Of a DNA stretch of 64,000 bases, positions 19,240 through 29,699 are shown piece by piece. The stretch's first letter is position 1; each line of letters starts with the position of its first letter. The DNA comes from Patescibacteria group bacterium. GTDB taxonomy: Bacteria > Patescibacteriota > Patescibacteriia > UBA2591 > UBA4787. The stretch is taken from NCBI GenBank assembly GCA_028715115.1, contig JAQUSN010000001.1, positions 3,314 to 67,313 on the forward strand, written 5' to 3'. The notes below the pieces were generated by a model. That model searched no databases. It was not told the DNA's origin and was given only the letters and a program-made list of their open reading frames with translations. Both the position numbers and the translations under genes were made by a program.

Positions 19240-22200
19240 CTACTTTTGTGACTCTTGCTGTTGCTGCCCCCATTCTTGTTGATAATAATAAGTTTCTAAG
19301 TATTGCATGTTAAAACAGCTACAAGATGACGGACTACTGCAAGCATTACCGGTAAAGTTTAAGTCTTTTGCCTTACAGCTGCCATTAATCCAGGCGCACC
19401 AATTATGCTTGCTGCAGGTGCTTGTTTGATTATAGCTCGCGCAATTGTGTTGCCAATTATTCGGCTCTCTATACTCAAAATTACTATAAAGAGCATAGCC
19501 TTTATTGCCTTGGAAAAACTTATACATATATTGATAAACATGGGATCCGGCAACACACTCGTATTTTAATTTGTCTGGCGCAGAATTATAGCATCTGCCT
19601 TGGCATTGCGGATCGTTCACCGGACAATCAGCGCAACAGCTATAAGGTTTTTGGCCAGAACAATTATTTCTGTTAGCAAAAGTGTTAATCGGATCAATAG
19701 GCAAAGCTGAACCTAAGCTGTCTCCTAAAGTATCTTGCCAGGAGCTCCAGCGGCTAGTCGTCATGCCGGGCACATAAATACCAGAAATTAATTTTGGAAA
19801 ATCATTGTTGGCCGCGCGATATTGAGATAGCAACTGATTTAATTGATTAAAATTAACCAAACGGCTTAAGTCGTGAACCAAGCTCATTTTATCGCCACGC
19901 ACATTAATATTAAACGTCCAATATTTTATCAAATCATTGACGATTTTAATCGTCTCCTGACTGGCATTATCATTATAAGACAATAAGAAAATATTACTAT
20001 ACAACTTCGGCTGGCCGCCACCAATTAAACCAAAATCAACATTGGTAGCGCCGACATAAGTGGTTCGCCCGTCTTTTATCGCCTGATAGTCATCAACGCT
20101 AGGCGCGGCAGAAGGATTAGATTGCGAGTTAATTTTCACCTTATACCATTCGGCTGGCGTTAAGTGGTCAAAATTATCGTAAATCCTTAAGCCTATTACG
20201 TCCGAAGTGTTTGGTACATTAAATAGCCAACTAACCTTTAATTCGCTATCGGCCTTAGCCGCATTAACCGGATCGGGTAAGGCCGGCAAAAGCGGACTGC
20301 CATCGCGACAATAATTTAACTGGAAATTATAAAAATTAGTATCATTGGGCCGCGGATAAACCCATGGGTTTTCACAAATAAAAACCCTGACTGCTGCCGA
20401 GTTGGTGAACGACTGATTAAGAGAATCAACTGCTTCGGCAGTTAAAACCGTATCGCCATTTGTACTGCCAGCCACAGCCGCACCCCTAGAAGGATTGTCT
20501 TGATCTCCGGTAACCGTAATTAAATTATCCTTAACGGTCCACGCCCATGTCCAAGTATAGACGCCTGTGATCGGCGAAATCGGCTGGTTGTCTCTGGCAT
20601 AAGCTGTAGCAAAAAAATCATGACCCTTCCTAGCTTGGCTGAAAATATAACTTTGTGGAGTAATTTGAACTCTTTGAATTTGACAAATCTTGTTGCCGGT
20701 CGTAAACTGCCACGACTGATCTTGGGCCATCGACACCCCATATTTACTTTTTACTCCGTTGGGCCCGCCGACAATACGTATTTCATAGAGCCGCTGGCTG
20801 TCCAAGGCTGAACTAGGAACAAATCGCACTAATGTTTGTTTTTGCTGCGAATCCGAATCAATGCCGCCAATACTAATTACTTGGCTTTTGACTTCTCCGG
20901 CTATTTGAGTCCACTCTGATTTTGGTGGCCCTTGTGGTGCGGCCTGAGAAACGTTGATTAAATTATCTCTTAATTTTAAAACTAAATTCTTGAAAAGGTT
21001 CCACAAACTGCTGGTTGGACTGCCTTGATCCTGATTTTTGCCCCATAAAGTTACCGTAGTTGTAGTGGCCATGCTGGTATTAATAGTATTGAGATCCATC
21101 TCTTGGTCAAAAGTGAACAGAACAAATGCATTGCGACATATGTTAGTTGAATTTGGTGCCGGAAAACGGCTACTTGAGATTATAGTGGGCGCCGGAGAAA
21201 CCACTAAATACGCTTGATTGCTTTTGCCGCTAGTAGCAGCGGTAATGTTTGTTTCCCCCAACCCCTTAGCCGTAGCAGTTGTGGAATTATTCGGACCGGT
21301 CGGGCTAACAGTAGCTATTTTAGTATCACCAGAACTCCACTGCCAAGTATAGCTGCCGGTTAACATTTGACAGGCTTCTCCTAAAGCCTCTGAGTCAAAT
21401 TTTTGCGTATCATTAATATTTAAAAGCTGTGTTCTGATTGGCAAAACCGCCACTGATTCAACCGGACAGACCGAATCGTTTTTAGTTTTAAATTGCCAAA
21501 CATAATCCTGAGCCATGCTTGATCCATCTTCACCAATAACGCCCGCCTCTCCGCCAGGCACAATAACTTCATAATAAGTATCAGCTGATAAGTTTTGCGT
21601 GGGTTCAAAAACAAAAGCTTCTTTTTCTAAAGTAACCGGATAAACATATACGTCTTTTGCGCCTACTTCGGTTGGATGAGAACAGGTTTGATCCGAACCG
21701 CAATTATAAACTTTAATTAAATTGGTACCGTTAATGCGGCCATCATCCACATTTTTATTAAACCGGGCGCCAACTTTTATATTAAGACATGCTTGCTGAT
21801 AATTGGGTCGTGGATTTGGTGTAGAATAAATTTGGCTCGGAGGCTCACAAGTTGAATCTTCTTCAACGGCTAAATCAGTTAATTTGACAGTCAAAACGCC
21901 TAAACCAGTAATCTTTCGGCGTTGACCTAATTTACCGGGTATCTCTATCCAGGTTGAAGCAGAAATATTTGTTTGTCCTTGGCTTAAAGCGCTGGCCGTA
22001 GTTTCTAGCCCGGCAATTGGCTCTACGGTCGCCACCACCGGCGCGCTAGAGTCCCAATCAAAGCTAGCAACACAAACTGGTTGTTGATCATCATAAGCAT
22101 TAGCCGTATATCTTTGTTGAGCGCCGACCTTAACCATTTTATTGGCCGGATTAACATCTATTCTATCAATTTGGCAAAGCTCGTCGCCCGTCTGAAACAC

Positions 22201-25047
22201 CCAGCTATTCACGCCTAACATGGAAACGCCTTTATCTGAACGAACTCCATCGCCGGGTTGACCGTCTAATTTTTTACCGGTAACCATTATGCGATACCAT
22301 CTATTGGCTTCTAAGAGCGGATTGGTTAAACAGGGATTAATCGTAAAACCAGTCTTAGTAACCAGATCATTAATGGTTAATGTGGCAGGCACAGAGGTTC
22401 CGTTGGCACAATTATTATCGTCGCAAATTTCAAACTTTATATTATTCCAATTTAAGCTCGCTTCATCCATTTTTTGATTGAAAACCGCGACTAAAGCCGC
22501 ATTACGGCAAACTCCTATTTGGTTGTCATCTGGATTTTTTGACTCAATAATTGGCTGAGCATGACAACATTTATTTGTATCTAAAATGCCACAACCCATG
22601 CCGGTGCCACACTGCTCGTCTGTTTGACAGCCGCAACAAAGCCCTCGGCTACCGCCCGTACAAGGCGACTGATTGGCCATACATTGCAAACTGCCGGGAC
22701 AAGTATTTTGTTCGGTCGGGTTACAGCAACATCGGCAATCGGTATTGTTAACTCGACAAGTATAAGTCGGTTCGCCTTGGCATCGAGTTGATCCATTCGG
22801 ACAAACGTTTCCATCCGAACACACCTCGCCCGGACCGGGTAATTGTTCTAAAACCGTAAATGGCAAAGCATTGCTATTGCCGTTATTATTACTAACATAA
22901 ACGTCTCCTGTTCCCGCTAAGCTAGGCACTTTAAAATTATTTATTTTCGTATCACTCCAATTACAACCAGTACCAGGGCAGTTGCTCACCGCCGCTTCAT
23001 TATAAAATTTAACCGCATCCTTTTCGCCACCGCCATTGCCCAAACGAATACCATTTAATTCAATATTGGTTTTATCTCGATAGCCAGAACTGGGGTTAAT
23101 TACCCACAAGCACGGACCCTGGGCTGAACCGGATCGATCGATTGTGTAAGTCACGTCACTATTACTAGTTTCTTCTTCGCCGCTCGAACTATAAACGATC
23201 GTCAATCTTACCTTAGCTGCCACTGGCAAGTCTTCGCCGGTATCGGGTACAGTAGTGGTTAAATAATTATCACTGACATATTCTACTGGCGAATTAACTA
23301 CTGAGGGCCCGATTAAAAAACTGATTTGATTATTTTTGGGCGCAGCCGAATGGCTGGGCGTGCCGGTAAAACATTCTCCGAAAACGGTTATGCATTGACC
23401 ACTTGGGCCTTGAGCTGGACTCACGCGATTAATCCACGGCGCACACAAACAATTAGCCGCCGTAGTTGTTTTAAATGACCAAGTTTTTCCTAAGGTATCA
23501 CCCTTTTGATTTATAACCAGATCGCTTGTCATCTCGATTTGATAAGTTAGGTTGGGCGTCAAATCAACGCGCGGGTTTATGATAAAAACTTTAGTCTGGA
23601 GATCAGGGATCGTTAAATCGGCATATTGGTTACTGATAACTACCGGCCCTTTAATGTTTGGATTTTTATTAATCTCAAAAATCAAATTGTCGCCCTGCTT
23701 TACCCTAAAGAGGACTAAATTATTTTCCATCGAAGTGCCAAAAGTCAGACCAATATTGGTGCTGGAGCAAACTTTTTCGCCGGTTGGATAATATGAAGAG
23801 ATTCCCGGAGCATGATCGTTGGTCTGAAACTCCCATTCTACATTATCCGGATCCATGATATTGGAGCACAAATCTTTAATACCGGAAACATGAATGCGAT
23901 ACCAAGTAAATGGTTTTAACTGAACCGTATCGCGCAAATATATTTTAAAACCGGTGTCTTCTATGTCTACCAGCCAATCGGTCGCCGGAATTTGCTCAAC
24001 CACTAAACCGCCGCGGCCATCTAGGCGTGAGACCCAGATATTTGCAGCGATTGGATTATTATTACTATCCATTACCGTCGTAGCGTCAACTGGTTCGGAA
24101 AAATTAACGTCAATAAGCGGCGTTAAATCAACATTACGATCAGGATAGTTGGGGTCGTTCTGTTTTGAAATCGGATAACTACTGGTAATGTATGGTTTGG
24201 ACGTATCAGTGTGAATCCCGGTAGTAAAGCGCCAAGTAAAATCAGTGTCTGTTTCCGTACAGCCATTGCTGGCTTCACATTTTTTCAATGTCTTACCGCC
24301 ATTATCGCCAATTTGTTTTGGCAAATGCACGGTATAATCTGTCTCTGAAGCGAAGAGCGAATCGTGCTTAAAGACCAAGGCATTGCCTAAGACCTGCCAA
24401 GTGCCGGTAAATGTACCGCCGCTTTCTACTTTTAATAAATTATCCTGAACTAATTGTTGGATGTTGTCCGGCTTAACGCGATGATTAAAAATCGGCTGAA
24501 CGGCTGAACACAAATAAACGCTTTGATGATAGTTTTGCGGTGGACCTTCATGGGTAGTTAAAATTCTGCTTACCTTAAAATCATCTGGCAAGATTCCCGG
24601 ACCGCCAGGTTCTCCGCCATTACCAGCAATACCACTAATTATTTGACTAATGGCATTGATAATAAAAGAGGCAAAAGCATAAGCTAGAATAATAATAAGT
24701 AAACCAATAATACCAGCGGCCATTAATTTTTTAGCTCGAGTAATCTTTTCTTCGTTACCGCCCGAAGTCATCCAAATAAATCCGCCATAAACGACGATAA
24801 CCACGGCGATTAATCCCAAGAATCCCAAAATAAAACGAACTATACGGCCGATAATAATAGGCAATGGCGTAGATGGTAGTTCGGTAGTATTAGAAAACTG
24901 TTCCAGTCCTTCGTTCATCGGCGGCTGAGCATGAGCAACAGAAAATTGGCCGACTAAAATCAATAAAATAAAAAAGAGAAACGCTAGAGAAAAGAGTTTC
25001 TTAGTTCTTGCGCTAAAAAATAACTCTCCAAACTTTAGGTTTCTCAT
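19240..25047 (-). CDS. Giant (1935 aa) surface protein: N-terminal pilin-like TM hairpin, multiple Ig-like domains, Cys-rich region, C-terminal pseudopilin-like domain
   Basis: IVVYGGFIWMTSGGNEEKITRAKK (CPR pilin-like), repeated WxFxT-ending Ig domains, CRCCC/CCGC cluster, D.SR...QL...L.QY....FP...LPIDP. Confidence 0.75.
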   Translation of the reverse strand: MRNLKFGELFFSARTKKLFSLAFLFFILLILVGQFSVAHAQPPMNEGLEQFSNTTELPSTPLPIIIGRIVRFILGFLGLIAVVIVVYGGFIWMTSGGNEEKITRAKKLMAAGIIGLLIIILAYAFASFIINAISQIISGIAGNGGEPGGPGILPDDFKVSRILTTHEGPPQNYHQSVYLCSAVQPIFNHRVKPDNIQQLVQDNLLKVESGGTFTGTWQVLGNALVFKHDSLFASETDYTVHLPKQIGDNGGKTLKKCEASNGCTETDTDFTWRFTTGIHTDTSKPYITSSYPISKQNDPNYPDRNVDLTPLIDVNFSEPVDATTVMDSNNNPIAANIWVSRLDGRGGLVVEQIPATDWLVDIEDTGFKIYLRDTVQLKPFTWYRIHVSGIKDLCSNIMDPDNVEWEFQTNDHAPGISSYYPTGEKVCSSTNIGLTFGTSMENNLVLFRVKQGDNLIFEINKNPNIKGPVVISNQYADLTIPDLQTKVFIINPRVDLTPNLTYQIEMTSDLVINQKGDTLGKTWSFKTTTAANCLCAPWINRVSPAQGPSGQCITVFGECFTGTPSHSAAPKNNQISFLIGPSVVNSPVEYVSDNYLTTTVPDTGEDLPVAAKVRLTIVYSSSGEEETSNSDVTYTIDRSGSAQGPCLWVINPSSGYRDKTNIELNGIRLGNGGGEKDAVKFYNEAAVSNCPGTGCNWSDTKINNFKVPSLAGTGDVYVSNNNGNSNALPFTVLEQLPGPGEVCSDGNVCPNGSTRCQGEPTYTCRVNNTDCRCCCNPTEQNTCPGSLQCMANQSPCTGGSRGLCCGCQTDEQCGTGMGCGILDTNKCCHAQPIIESKNPDDNQIGVCRNAALVAVFNQKMDEASLNWNNIKFEICDDNNCANGTSVPATLTINDLVTKTGFTINPCLTNPLLEANRWYRIMVTGKKLDGQPGDGVRSDKGVSMLGVNSWVFQTGDELCQIDRIDVNPANKMVKVGAQQRYTANAYDDQQPVCVASFDWDSSAPVVATVEPIAGLETTASALSQGQTNISASTWIEIPGKLGQRRKITGLGVLTVKLTDLAVEEDSTCEPPSQIYSTPNPRPNYQQACLNIKVGARFNKNVDDGRINGTNLIKVYNCGSDQTCSHPTEVGAKDVYVYPVTLEKEAFVFEPTQNLSADTYYEVIVPGGEAGVIGEDGSSMAQDYVWQFKTKNDSVCPVESVAVLPIRTQLLNINDTQKFDSEALGEACQMLTGSYTWQWSSGDTKIATVSPTGPNNSTTATAKGLGETNITAATSGKSNQAYLVVSPAPTIISSSRFPAPNSTNICRNAFVLFTFDQEMDLNTINTSMATTTTVTLWGKNQDQGSPTSSLWNLFKNLVLKLRDNLINVSQAAPQGPPKSEWTQIAGEVKSQVISIGGIDSDSQQKQTLVRFVPSSALDSQRLYEIRIVGGPNGVKSKYGVSMAQDQSWQFTTGNKICQIQRVQITPQSYIFSQARKGHDFFATAYARDNQPISPITGVYTWTWAWTVKDNLITVTGDQDNPSRGAAVAGSTNGDTVLTAEAVDSLNQSFTNSAAVRVFICENPWVYPRPNDTNFYNFQLNYCRDGSPLLPALPDPVNAAKADSELKVSWLFNVPNTSDVIGLRIYDNFDHLTPAEWYKVKINSQSNPSAAPSVDDYQAIKDGRTTYVGATNVDFGLIGGGQPKLYSNIFLLSYNDNASQETIKIVNDLIKYWTFNINVRGDKMSLVHDLSRLVNFNQLNQLLSQYRAANNDFPKLISGIYVPGMTTSRWSSWQDTLGDSLGSALPIDPINTFANRNNCSGQKPYSCCADCPVNDPQCQGRCYNSAPDKLKYECVAGSHVYQYMYKFFQGNKGYALYSNFEYREPNNWQHNCASYNQTSTCSKHNWCAWINGSCKAKDLNFTGNACSSPSSCSCFNMQYLETYYYQQEWGQQQQESQK

Positions 25048-25067
25048 ACAAAATAATTTTACTTATT

Positions 25068-25523
25068 TTATTTGCTCAATTCTTCTTTGACTAAAGCGCT
25101 GACCTTGTTGCCGTCGGCTTTTCCTTTAGTTTCCTTAGAAACGGCGCCCATCACCTTGCCGAAGTCCTGCGGGCCAGCCGCGCTTAATTCTTTTATCTTG
25201 CTTTGAATTATAACTCTTAATTTTTCTTCTGACAATTGTTCGGGTAAATAAACAGATAAAATTTCTAATTCTTTTTTTTCTTTTTGAGCTAAATCCTGAC
25301 GGCCGCCTTTATCAAAAGCTTCTATAGATTCTTTGCGGCGTTTAGTTTCACAGCTGACGATTTCTATCGTCAATTCGTCGGTCAATTCTTTTTTCTTAGC
25401 CTTTAGTTCGATTTCAAGATTTTGTAAAGAAGCCTTCAGCATTCTCAAGGCCGAAACTTTTATTTCATCTTTCTTGATCATCGCCTGCTTTAAATCTTCT
25501 AAAATTTTCTCAAACAAAGTCAT
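25068..25523 (-). CDS. GatB/YqeY domain protein
   Basis: DLKQAM, RKESIEAF, YLPEQLSE, FGKVMG. Confidence 0.92.
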   Translation of the reverse strand: MTLFEKILEDLKQAMIKKDEIKVSALRMLKASLQNLEIELKAKKKELTDELTIEIVSCETKRRKESIEAFDKGGRQDLAQKEKKELEILSVYLPEQLSEEKLRVIIQSKIKELSAAGPQDFGKVMGAVSKETKGKADGNKVSALVKEELSK

Positions 25524-25543
25524 AAAAATTATTTTAATAATTT

Positions 25544-25765
25544 CTAGCTCTTCAAGGCGCCAGTTTTAATCAAAAACTCGCGCTTAGCCTGATCGCTCTT
25601 GCGTCGTAAAGCGCTAATTTTTCTCGCTCGCGAAGTAGTTGTTCGAGAACGAAAACGGCGGCCTTTCACTTCTTTGACTAGGCCACTGCGCACTACGCTT
25701 TGATTGAAGCGTCGAATCATTCCCTCGGTCGATTCGCCAGCTTTTTTCTTAACTTCGATTGTCAT
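25544..25765 (-). CDS. rpsU: 30S ribosomal protein bS21
   Basis: IEVKKKAGESTEGMIRRF; classic rpsU-yqeY order; SD GAGGTGA upstream. Confidence 0.85.
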   Translation of the reverse strand: MTIEVKKKAGESTEGMIRRFNQSVVRSGLVKEVKGRRFRSRTTTSRARKISALRRKSDQAKREFLIKTGALKS

Positions 25766-25834
25766 AAAATTCACCTCTTATAGAAATTATAACGTAAAAT
25801 ATAAGAATGTAAATACATTATCCCCAGTTAATAA

Positions 25835-25926
25835 AGAAAAACAGGTCCCAGCCGAAGCCGGGACCCGTAGGGGGTCAAAACCGCTCTCAGGACGAAAGCG
25901 GAGACCGAAAACTCGCCGCCTCCACC
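25835..25926 (-). ncRNA. Candidate ~90-nt structured small RNA
   Basis: TTGACA-N16-TAAGAT promoter (25959-25932), GC-rich hairpins, and a cUUCGg terminator with U-tract (25844-25865). Confidence 0.45.
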
Positions 25927-25944
25927 ACAACATCTTAATATATT

Positions 25945-25973
25945 TTGACTTTTTGTCAATGGTGTGCTATAGT
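25945..25973 (+). promoter_or_regulatory. glyA promoter (predicts a leaderless mRNA)
   Basis: TTGACT-N17-TATAGT, with ATG 7 nt after the -10 box. Confidence 0.7.
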
Positions 25974-25980
25974 ACGTTCT

Positions 25981-27258
25981 ATGTTAAAAAACCTCAAAAA
26001 ATCAGACCCGATTATTGCCAAAATAATCCAAAATGAAATCAAACGCCAGCAAGACGGCCTGGTTTTGATTGCCTCGGAAAATTATGCTTCACCGGCAGTT
26101 TTAGAAGCACTCGGCTCGGCCTTGACCAATAAATATTCCGAAGGTTATCCGGGCAAGCGTTATTACGGCGGCAATCAATTCATCGATCAGACAGAAAATC
26201 TGGCCATTGAACGGGCTAAAAAATTGTTTTTGCCCAAAAATCAATGGACAAACTGGCAAGTTAACGTCCAACCCTATTCCGGTTCGCCGGCTAACTTGGC
26301 TGTTTATTTTGCCCTACTTCAACCCGGGGCCCTTGCCAAAGGGAATAAGGCAAGCAAAATCATGGGCATGAGTCTGGCCCAAGGCGGCCATTTGACTCAC
26401 GGCCATCCGGTTAACCTTTCCGGCAAAATATTTAAAATAATTCCTTACGGCGTTGACCAGAAAACAAATTTATTAAATTATAAAGAAATCGAAAAAATCG
26501 CACTAAAGAATAAGCCGCAACTTATCGTTTGCGGCGCTACGGCTTATTCCCGGGAAATAGATTTCAACGCTTTTAGAAAAATCGCCGACAAAGTCGGCGC
26601 GATTCTCATGGCTGATATTTCCCATATTGCCGGGCTTATTGCCGCTAAAAAACACTTGAGTCCCTTTCCTTATTGTGACGTTATTACAACCACGACCCAT
26701 AAAACCTTACGCGGCCCGCGCGGCGCTATGATTTTTGCCAAAAACGAATTGGCTGAACCGATTCAAAAAATGATTTTTCCCGGCACGCAAGGCGGACCGC
26801 ACGACAATAACGTCGCCGGTATTGCTGTGGCCTTGCAAGAAGCACTAAAACCTTCTTTTAAAAAATACGGGGCACAAATTTGTCTTAACGCCAAGATCCT
26901 AGCTCAAACTTTAAAACAAAATGGACTAAACATAATTACTGGCGGCACTGATAACCACTTGATTTTAGTTGACGTACGTAACGCCGAATTAAATGGCAAG
27001 GAAGCAGAAAAATTATTGGAAAAAGTCGGTATTTACGTTAACCGCAACACTATTCCTTTTGATCCTAATCCTCCCTTTAAGCCGTCTGGTCTACGACTCG
27101 GCACACCGGCTTTAACCACGCGCGGCATGAAAGAGAAAGAAATGAAAATTATCGGCCAATTAATCGCTAAGATAATTTTTGCGCCGCAGAATGAAGCAAT
27201 AAAAAAAACGGTGCGGCAAACCGTTAAAAAACTAACAAAAAAGTTTAAAATTTACTAA
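25981..27258 (+). CDS. glyA: Serine hydroxymethyltransferase
   Basis: LIASEN, NKYSEGYPGKRYYGG, GGHLTHG, TTTHKTLRGPRG. Confidence 0.97.
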   Translation: MLKNLKKSDPIIAKIIQNEIKRQQDGLVLIASENYASPAVLEALGSALTNKYSEGYPGKRYYGGNQFIDQTENLAIERAKKLFLPKNQWTNWQVNVQPYSGSPANLAVYFALLQPGALAKGNKASKIMGMSLAQGGHLTHGHPVNLSGKIFKIIPYGVDQKTNLLNYKEIEKIALKNKPQLIVCGATAYSREIDFNAFRKIADKVGAILMADISHIAGLIAAKKHLSPFPYCDVITTTTHKTLRGPRGAMIFAKNELAEPIQKMIFPGTQGGPHDNNVAGIAVALQEALKPSFKKYGAQICLNAKILAQTLKQNGLNIITGGTDNHLILVDVRNAELNGKEAEKLLEKVGIYVNRNTIPFDPNPPFKPSGLRLGTPALTTRGMKEKEMKIIGQLIAKIIFAPQNEAIKKTVRQTVKKLTKKFKIY

Positions 27259-27263
27259 TCTTA

Positions 27264-27881
27264 TTATTCCGCTACAATATCATCAAAAATTATCGGAATT
27301 CTTTTTTTAAATTCAGCCAGAAGCGGAATGATAATTTCTCTCATTTGTGGGTGAGCCGCGGCAGACGTTCTTAGTTTGAAAAAATGCCGCCATTCACGTA
27401 AATTGAAGGTGGTGACGATTTCAGTTTTCAAGGAGTTCGGCAAAACACTGCGCGCTTCTTGCGGCGTCGCCCCCAGCTCGATCAATTTATTGTAGGCTTG
27501 TTCTGTATCTTCCATGGCCTTCTGCCAAGCTGCGTACTTCTCAGGGTTGCCAGCGAAGAAAAACGGCTCGATAACCTGAATGCTGCCTTTTTTATGGTAA
27601 TCACAATAGCGAGTTGACTCCTGAGAATAAGAAGCGAGGCGATGGCGGACTAATTCATGCGTCACGCCGCGATCGCAGATCAATCGCACCGTAACTTTCT
27701 CGTGCTCAATCACGCTCTCGTGCCCGCGTTTCAAAATATTAGCAATTAATTTTTCGGCCGACCCTTCGCAGATTTTGTCTTCGCTTTTATAACAGGTTCT
27801 AGCGTATTTTTCTAAATTTTTAAGAATTTTTTTACCATCAACTTCGTCTTCTATTATAAAGCTCGGCTTAATAACTTGCAT
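27264..27881 (-). CDS. thyX: FAD-dependent thymidylate synthase
   Basis: GHESVIEH, RHRLASYSQESTRY, ARSVLPN. Confidence 0.95.
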   Translation of the reverse strand: MQVIKPSFIIEDEVDGKKILKNLEKYARTCYKSEDKICEGSAEKLIANILKRGHESVIEHEKVTVRLICDRGVTHELVRHRLASYSQESTRYCDYHKKGSIQVIEPFFFAGNPEKYAAWQKAMEDTEQAYNKLIELGATPQEARSVLPNSLKTEIVTTFNLREWRHFFKLRTSAAAHPQMREIIIPLLAEFKKRIPIIFDDIVAE

Positions 27882-27895
27882 AAATTTTATTTAAA

Positions 27896-28702
27896 ATGGT
27901 TAAATTACTTCTCGGAAAACCCGGCGCTGACAAAGTCCTCTCTTCTGTTAAGAGAAAGATTTCTCATAACCGGAAACGACCATGCCTAAGCGCGATTTTG
28001 GTCGGCCACGACAAGGCCTCTCTCACTTATGTTAGAATAAAAGAAAGAGCTTGTCAAAGGGTGGGTATTGATTTTAAAAAATATTTATTGCCCGAAAATA
28101 TCTCGGAAAGTAAAATTGCCAAATTGATTAAAAAAATCAATAATGATAAGCGTATTAACGGCCTCATTATTCAATTGCCTCTACCGCGGCACCTTAATCA
28201 AGAAAAAATTACCAGACTGGTTTCGCCGGAAAAAGATGTTGATGGCTTTGTTGTTGGTACCCAATTTGTTTCACCGGTTTACCAGGGTATAATTTTTCTA
28301 ATTAAACAATCCGGATTAAAATTAAAAAACAAAAAGGCAGTTATTCTGTCTAATAGTTATACTTTCGCCGACCCGCTGGCTAAAATTCTTTTGAAGAAAA
28401 AAGTTTCAACCGATATCATTGTCGTTAAAAAACTAAATCCTGGTGATAAAAAAATTATCAAAAAAGCTGACATTATTATTAGCGCCTTGGGCAGGTCCCA
28501 TTTTATAAAACCAAATTTAATTAAAAATAAATCTTTAATCATCGACATAGGCTTTAGTCACTCGCACGGTAAGCTCTGTGGCGACGCCAGTCCGTTCTGC
28601 CAAATGAAAGCCGGTTTTGTCTCGCCCGTTCCCGGCGGCATTGGTCCGCTAACCGTGGCGTTTTTATTAAAAAATTTAACGACGCCCTCTAAAACTAAAT
28701 AA
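27896..28702 (+). CDS. folD: Methylenetetrahydrofolate dehydrogenase/cyclohydrolase
   Basis: SLTYVRIK, IIQLPLP, EKDVDG, SPVPGGIGPLTVA. Confidence 0.9.
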   Translation: MVKLLLGKPGADKVLSSVKRKISHNRKRPCLSAILVGHDKASLTYVRIKERACQRVGIDFKKYLLPENISESKIAKLIKKINNDKRINGLIIQLPLPRHLNQEKITRLVSPEKDVDGFVVGTQFVSPVYQGIIFLIKQSGLKLKNKKAVILSNSYTFADPLAKILLKKKVSTDIIVVKKLNPGDKKIIKKADIIISALGRSHFIKPNLIKNKSLIIDIGFSHSHGKLCGDASPFCQMKAGFVSPVPGGIGPLTVAFLLKNLTTPSKTK

Positions 28703-28822
28703 AGGGCGGGGTCCTTCGAAGCTCTTATATTTAAAAAATAATTAATAAAACTCTCTTTGCTGGATACCTAAATTTAAATCCATAAAATCATCCAGCGAAG
28801 GAGGATTTCTTAAAATTTTTTT

Positions 28823-29698
28823 ATGAACAATATCGAATCTAGCCTTGATCCATCTTCATCCGTACCAACAAACAATCCAGAGTCGGAACAAAAAAAGCAG
28901 ACAAAAGAATACGAACAAGAATCCCGGCCAGATAATAGTTTTTTGATGGTTTTTGAACAACGATTTAACCTTTCAGAAAAAGTTTTAAAATTAATTCCTC
29001 CCTTTATCACCAACCGTACCCTGATGCATACTGGCTTTATTGCCGCATGTTTAACGGGTCTTTCTTTTTTTCTAACCACTTTTAACAAAACCTGGTTTCT
29101 ATCTGCGGCTTTCTTTTTACTAGTATTTCTTTTTTGCGATCGTTATGACGGACGAATTGCCCGCGCCAAAGGGGTTATTAGTAAGCGCGGCTACTTTGCT
29201 GACCATATGTTTGACGGTCTCTCCTTGTTTATTTTTTTCGTCGGCTTGGGTTTTTCGCCAGGTATGCGCTTATCAATAGCCCTCGGTATTGTTTTGTTTT
29301 ATTATATTTTGGCTATTAATACTTTTTTGATGACCTATATTACCGGAACGTTTGCCACTACTTATTATCGGTTCAGCCCGGCTGAAGCAATTTTAATTTT
29401 AGTTATAGTTTGCGTTATCAGCTTCCTTTTGCCCTACCCCTACATAGTTTTTCAAACAAATATCCGCGGATTAGAAGAAGTAACCCTCTTGGACTTGTTG
29501 GGAACTATTTTTATGATACTTTTTGCCGCCTTGGCGATCAGCGCTACGATAAAAAACTTTTTCTTCGTGGAAAGGTTTGAAAAGCGTTATCCAGCTGACA
29601 CGATTTGGATGTATTTGCGCAAAAGACAATTAGTAAAAAACGAATATGTTGATCAAATTCTCGACGATTTAGATAAACTATTCAATAATAAAAAATAA
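28823..29698 (+). CDS. CDP-alcohol phosphatidyltransferase family protein
   Basis: DRYDGRIAR...GYFADHMFD matches DxxDGxxAR-GxxxDxxxD; multiple TM helices. Confidence 0.85.
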   Translation: MNNIESSLDPSSSVPTNNPESEQKKQTKEYEQESRPDNSFLMVFEQRFNLSEKVLKLIPPFITNRTLMHTGFIAACLTGLSFFLTTFNKTWFLSAAFFLLVFLFCDRYDGRIARAKGVISKRGYFADHMFDGLSLFIFFVGLGFSPGMRLSIALGIVLFYYILAINTFLMTYITGTFATTYYRFSPAEAILILVIVCVISFLLPYPYIVFQTNIRGLEEVTLLDLLGTIFMILFAALAISATIKNFFFVERFEKRYPADTIWMYLRKRQLVKNEYVDQILDDLDKLFNNKK

Positions 29699-29699
29699 T

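Noticed and set aside
26328-26350. Possible hairpin insertion in glyA (ALAKGNKAS)
   Set aside because: Extra residues are plausible, but the palindrome is too degenerate to assign to an element family
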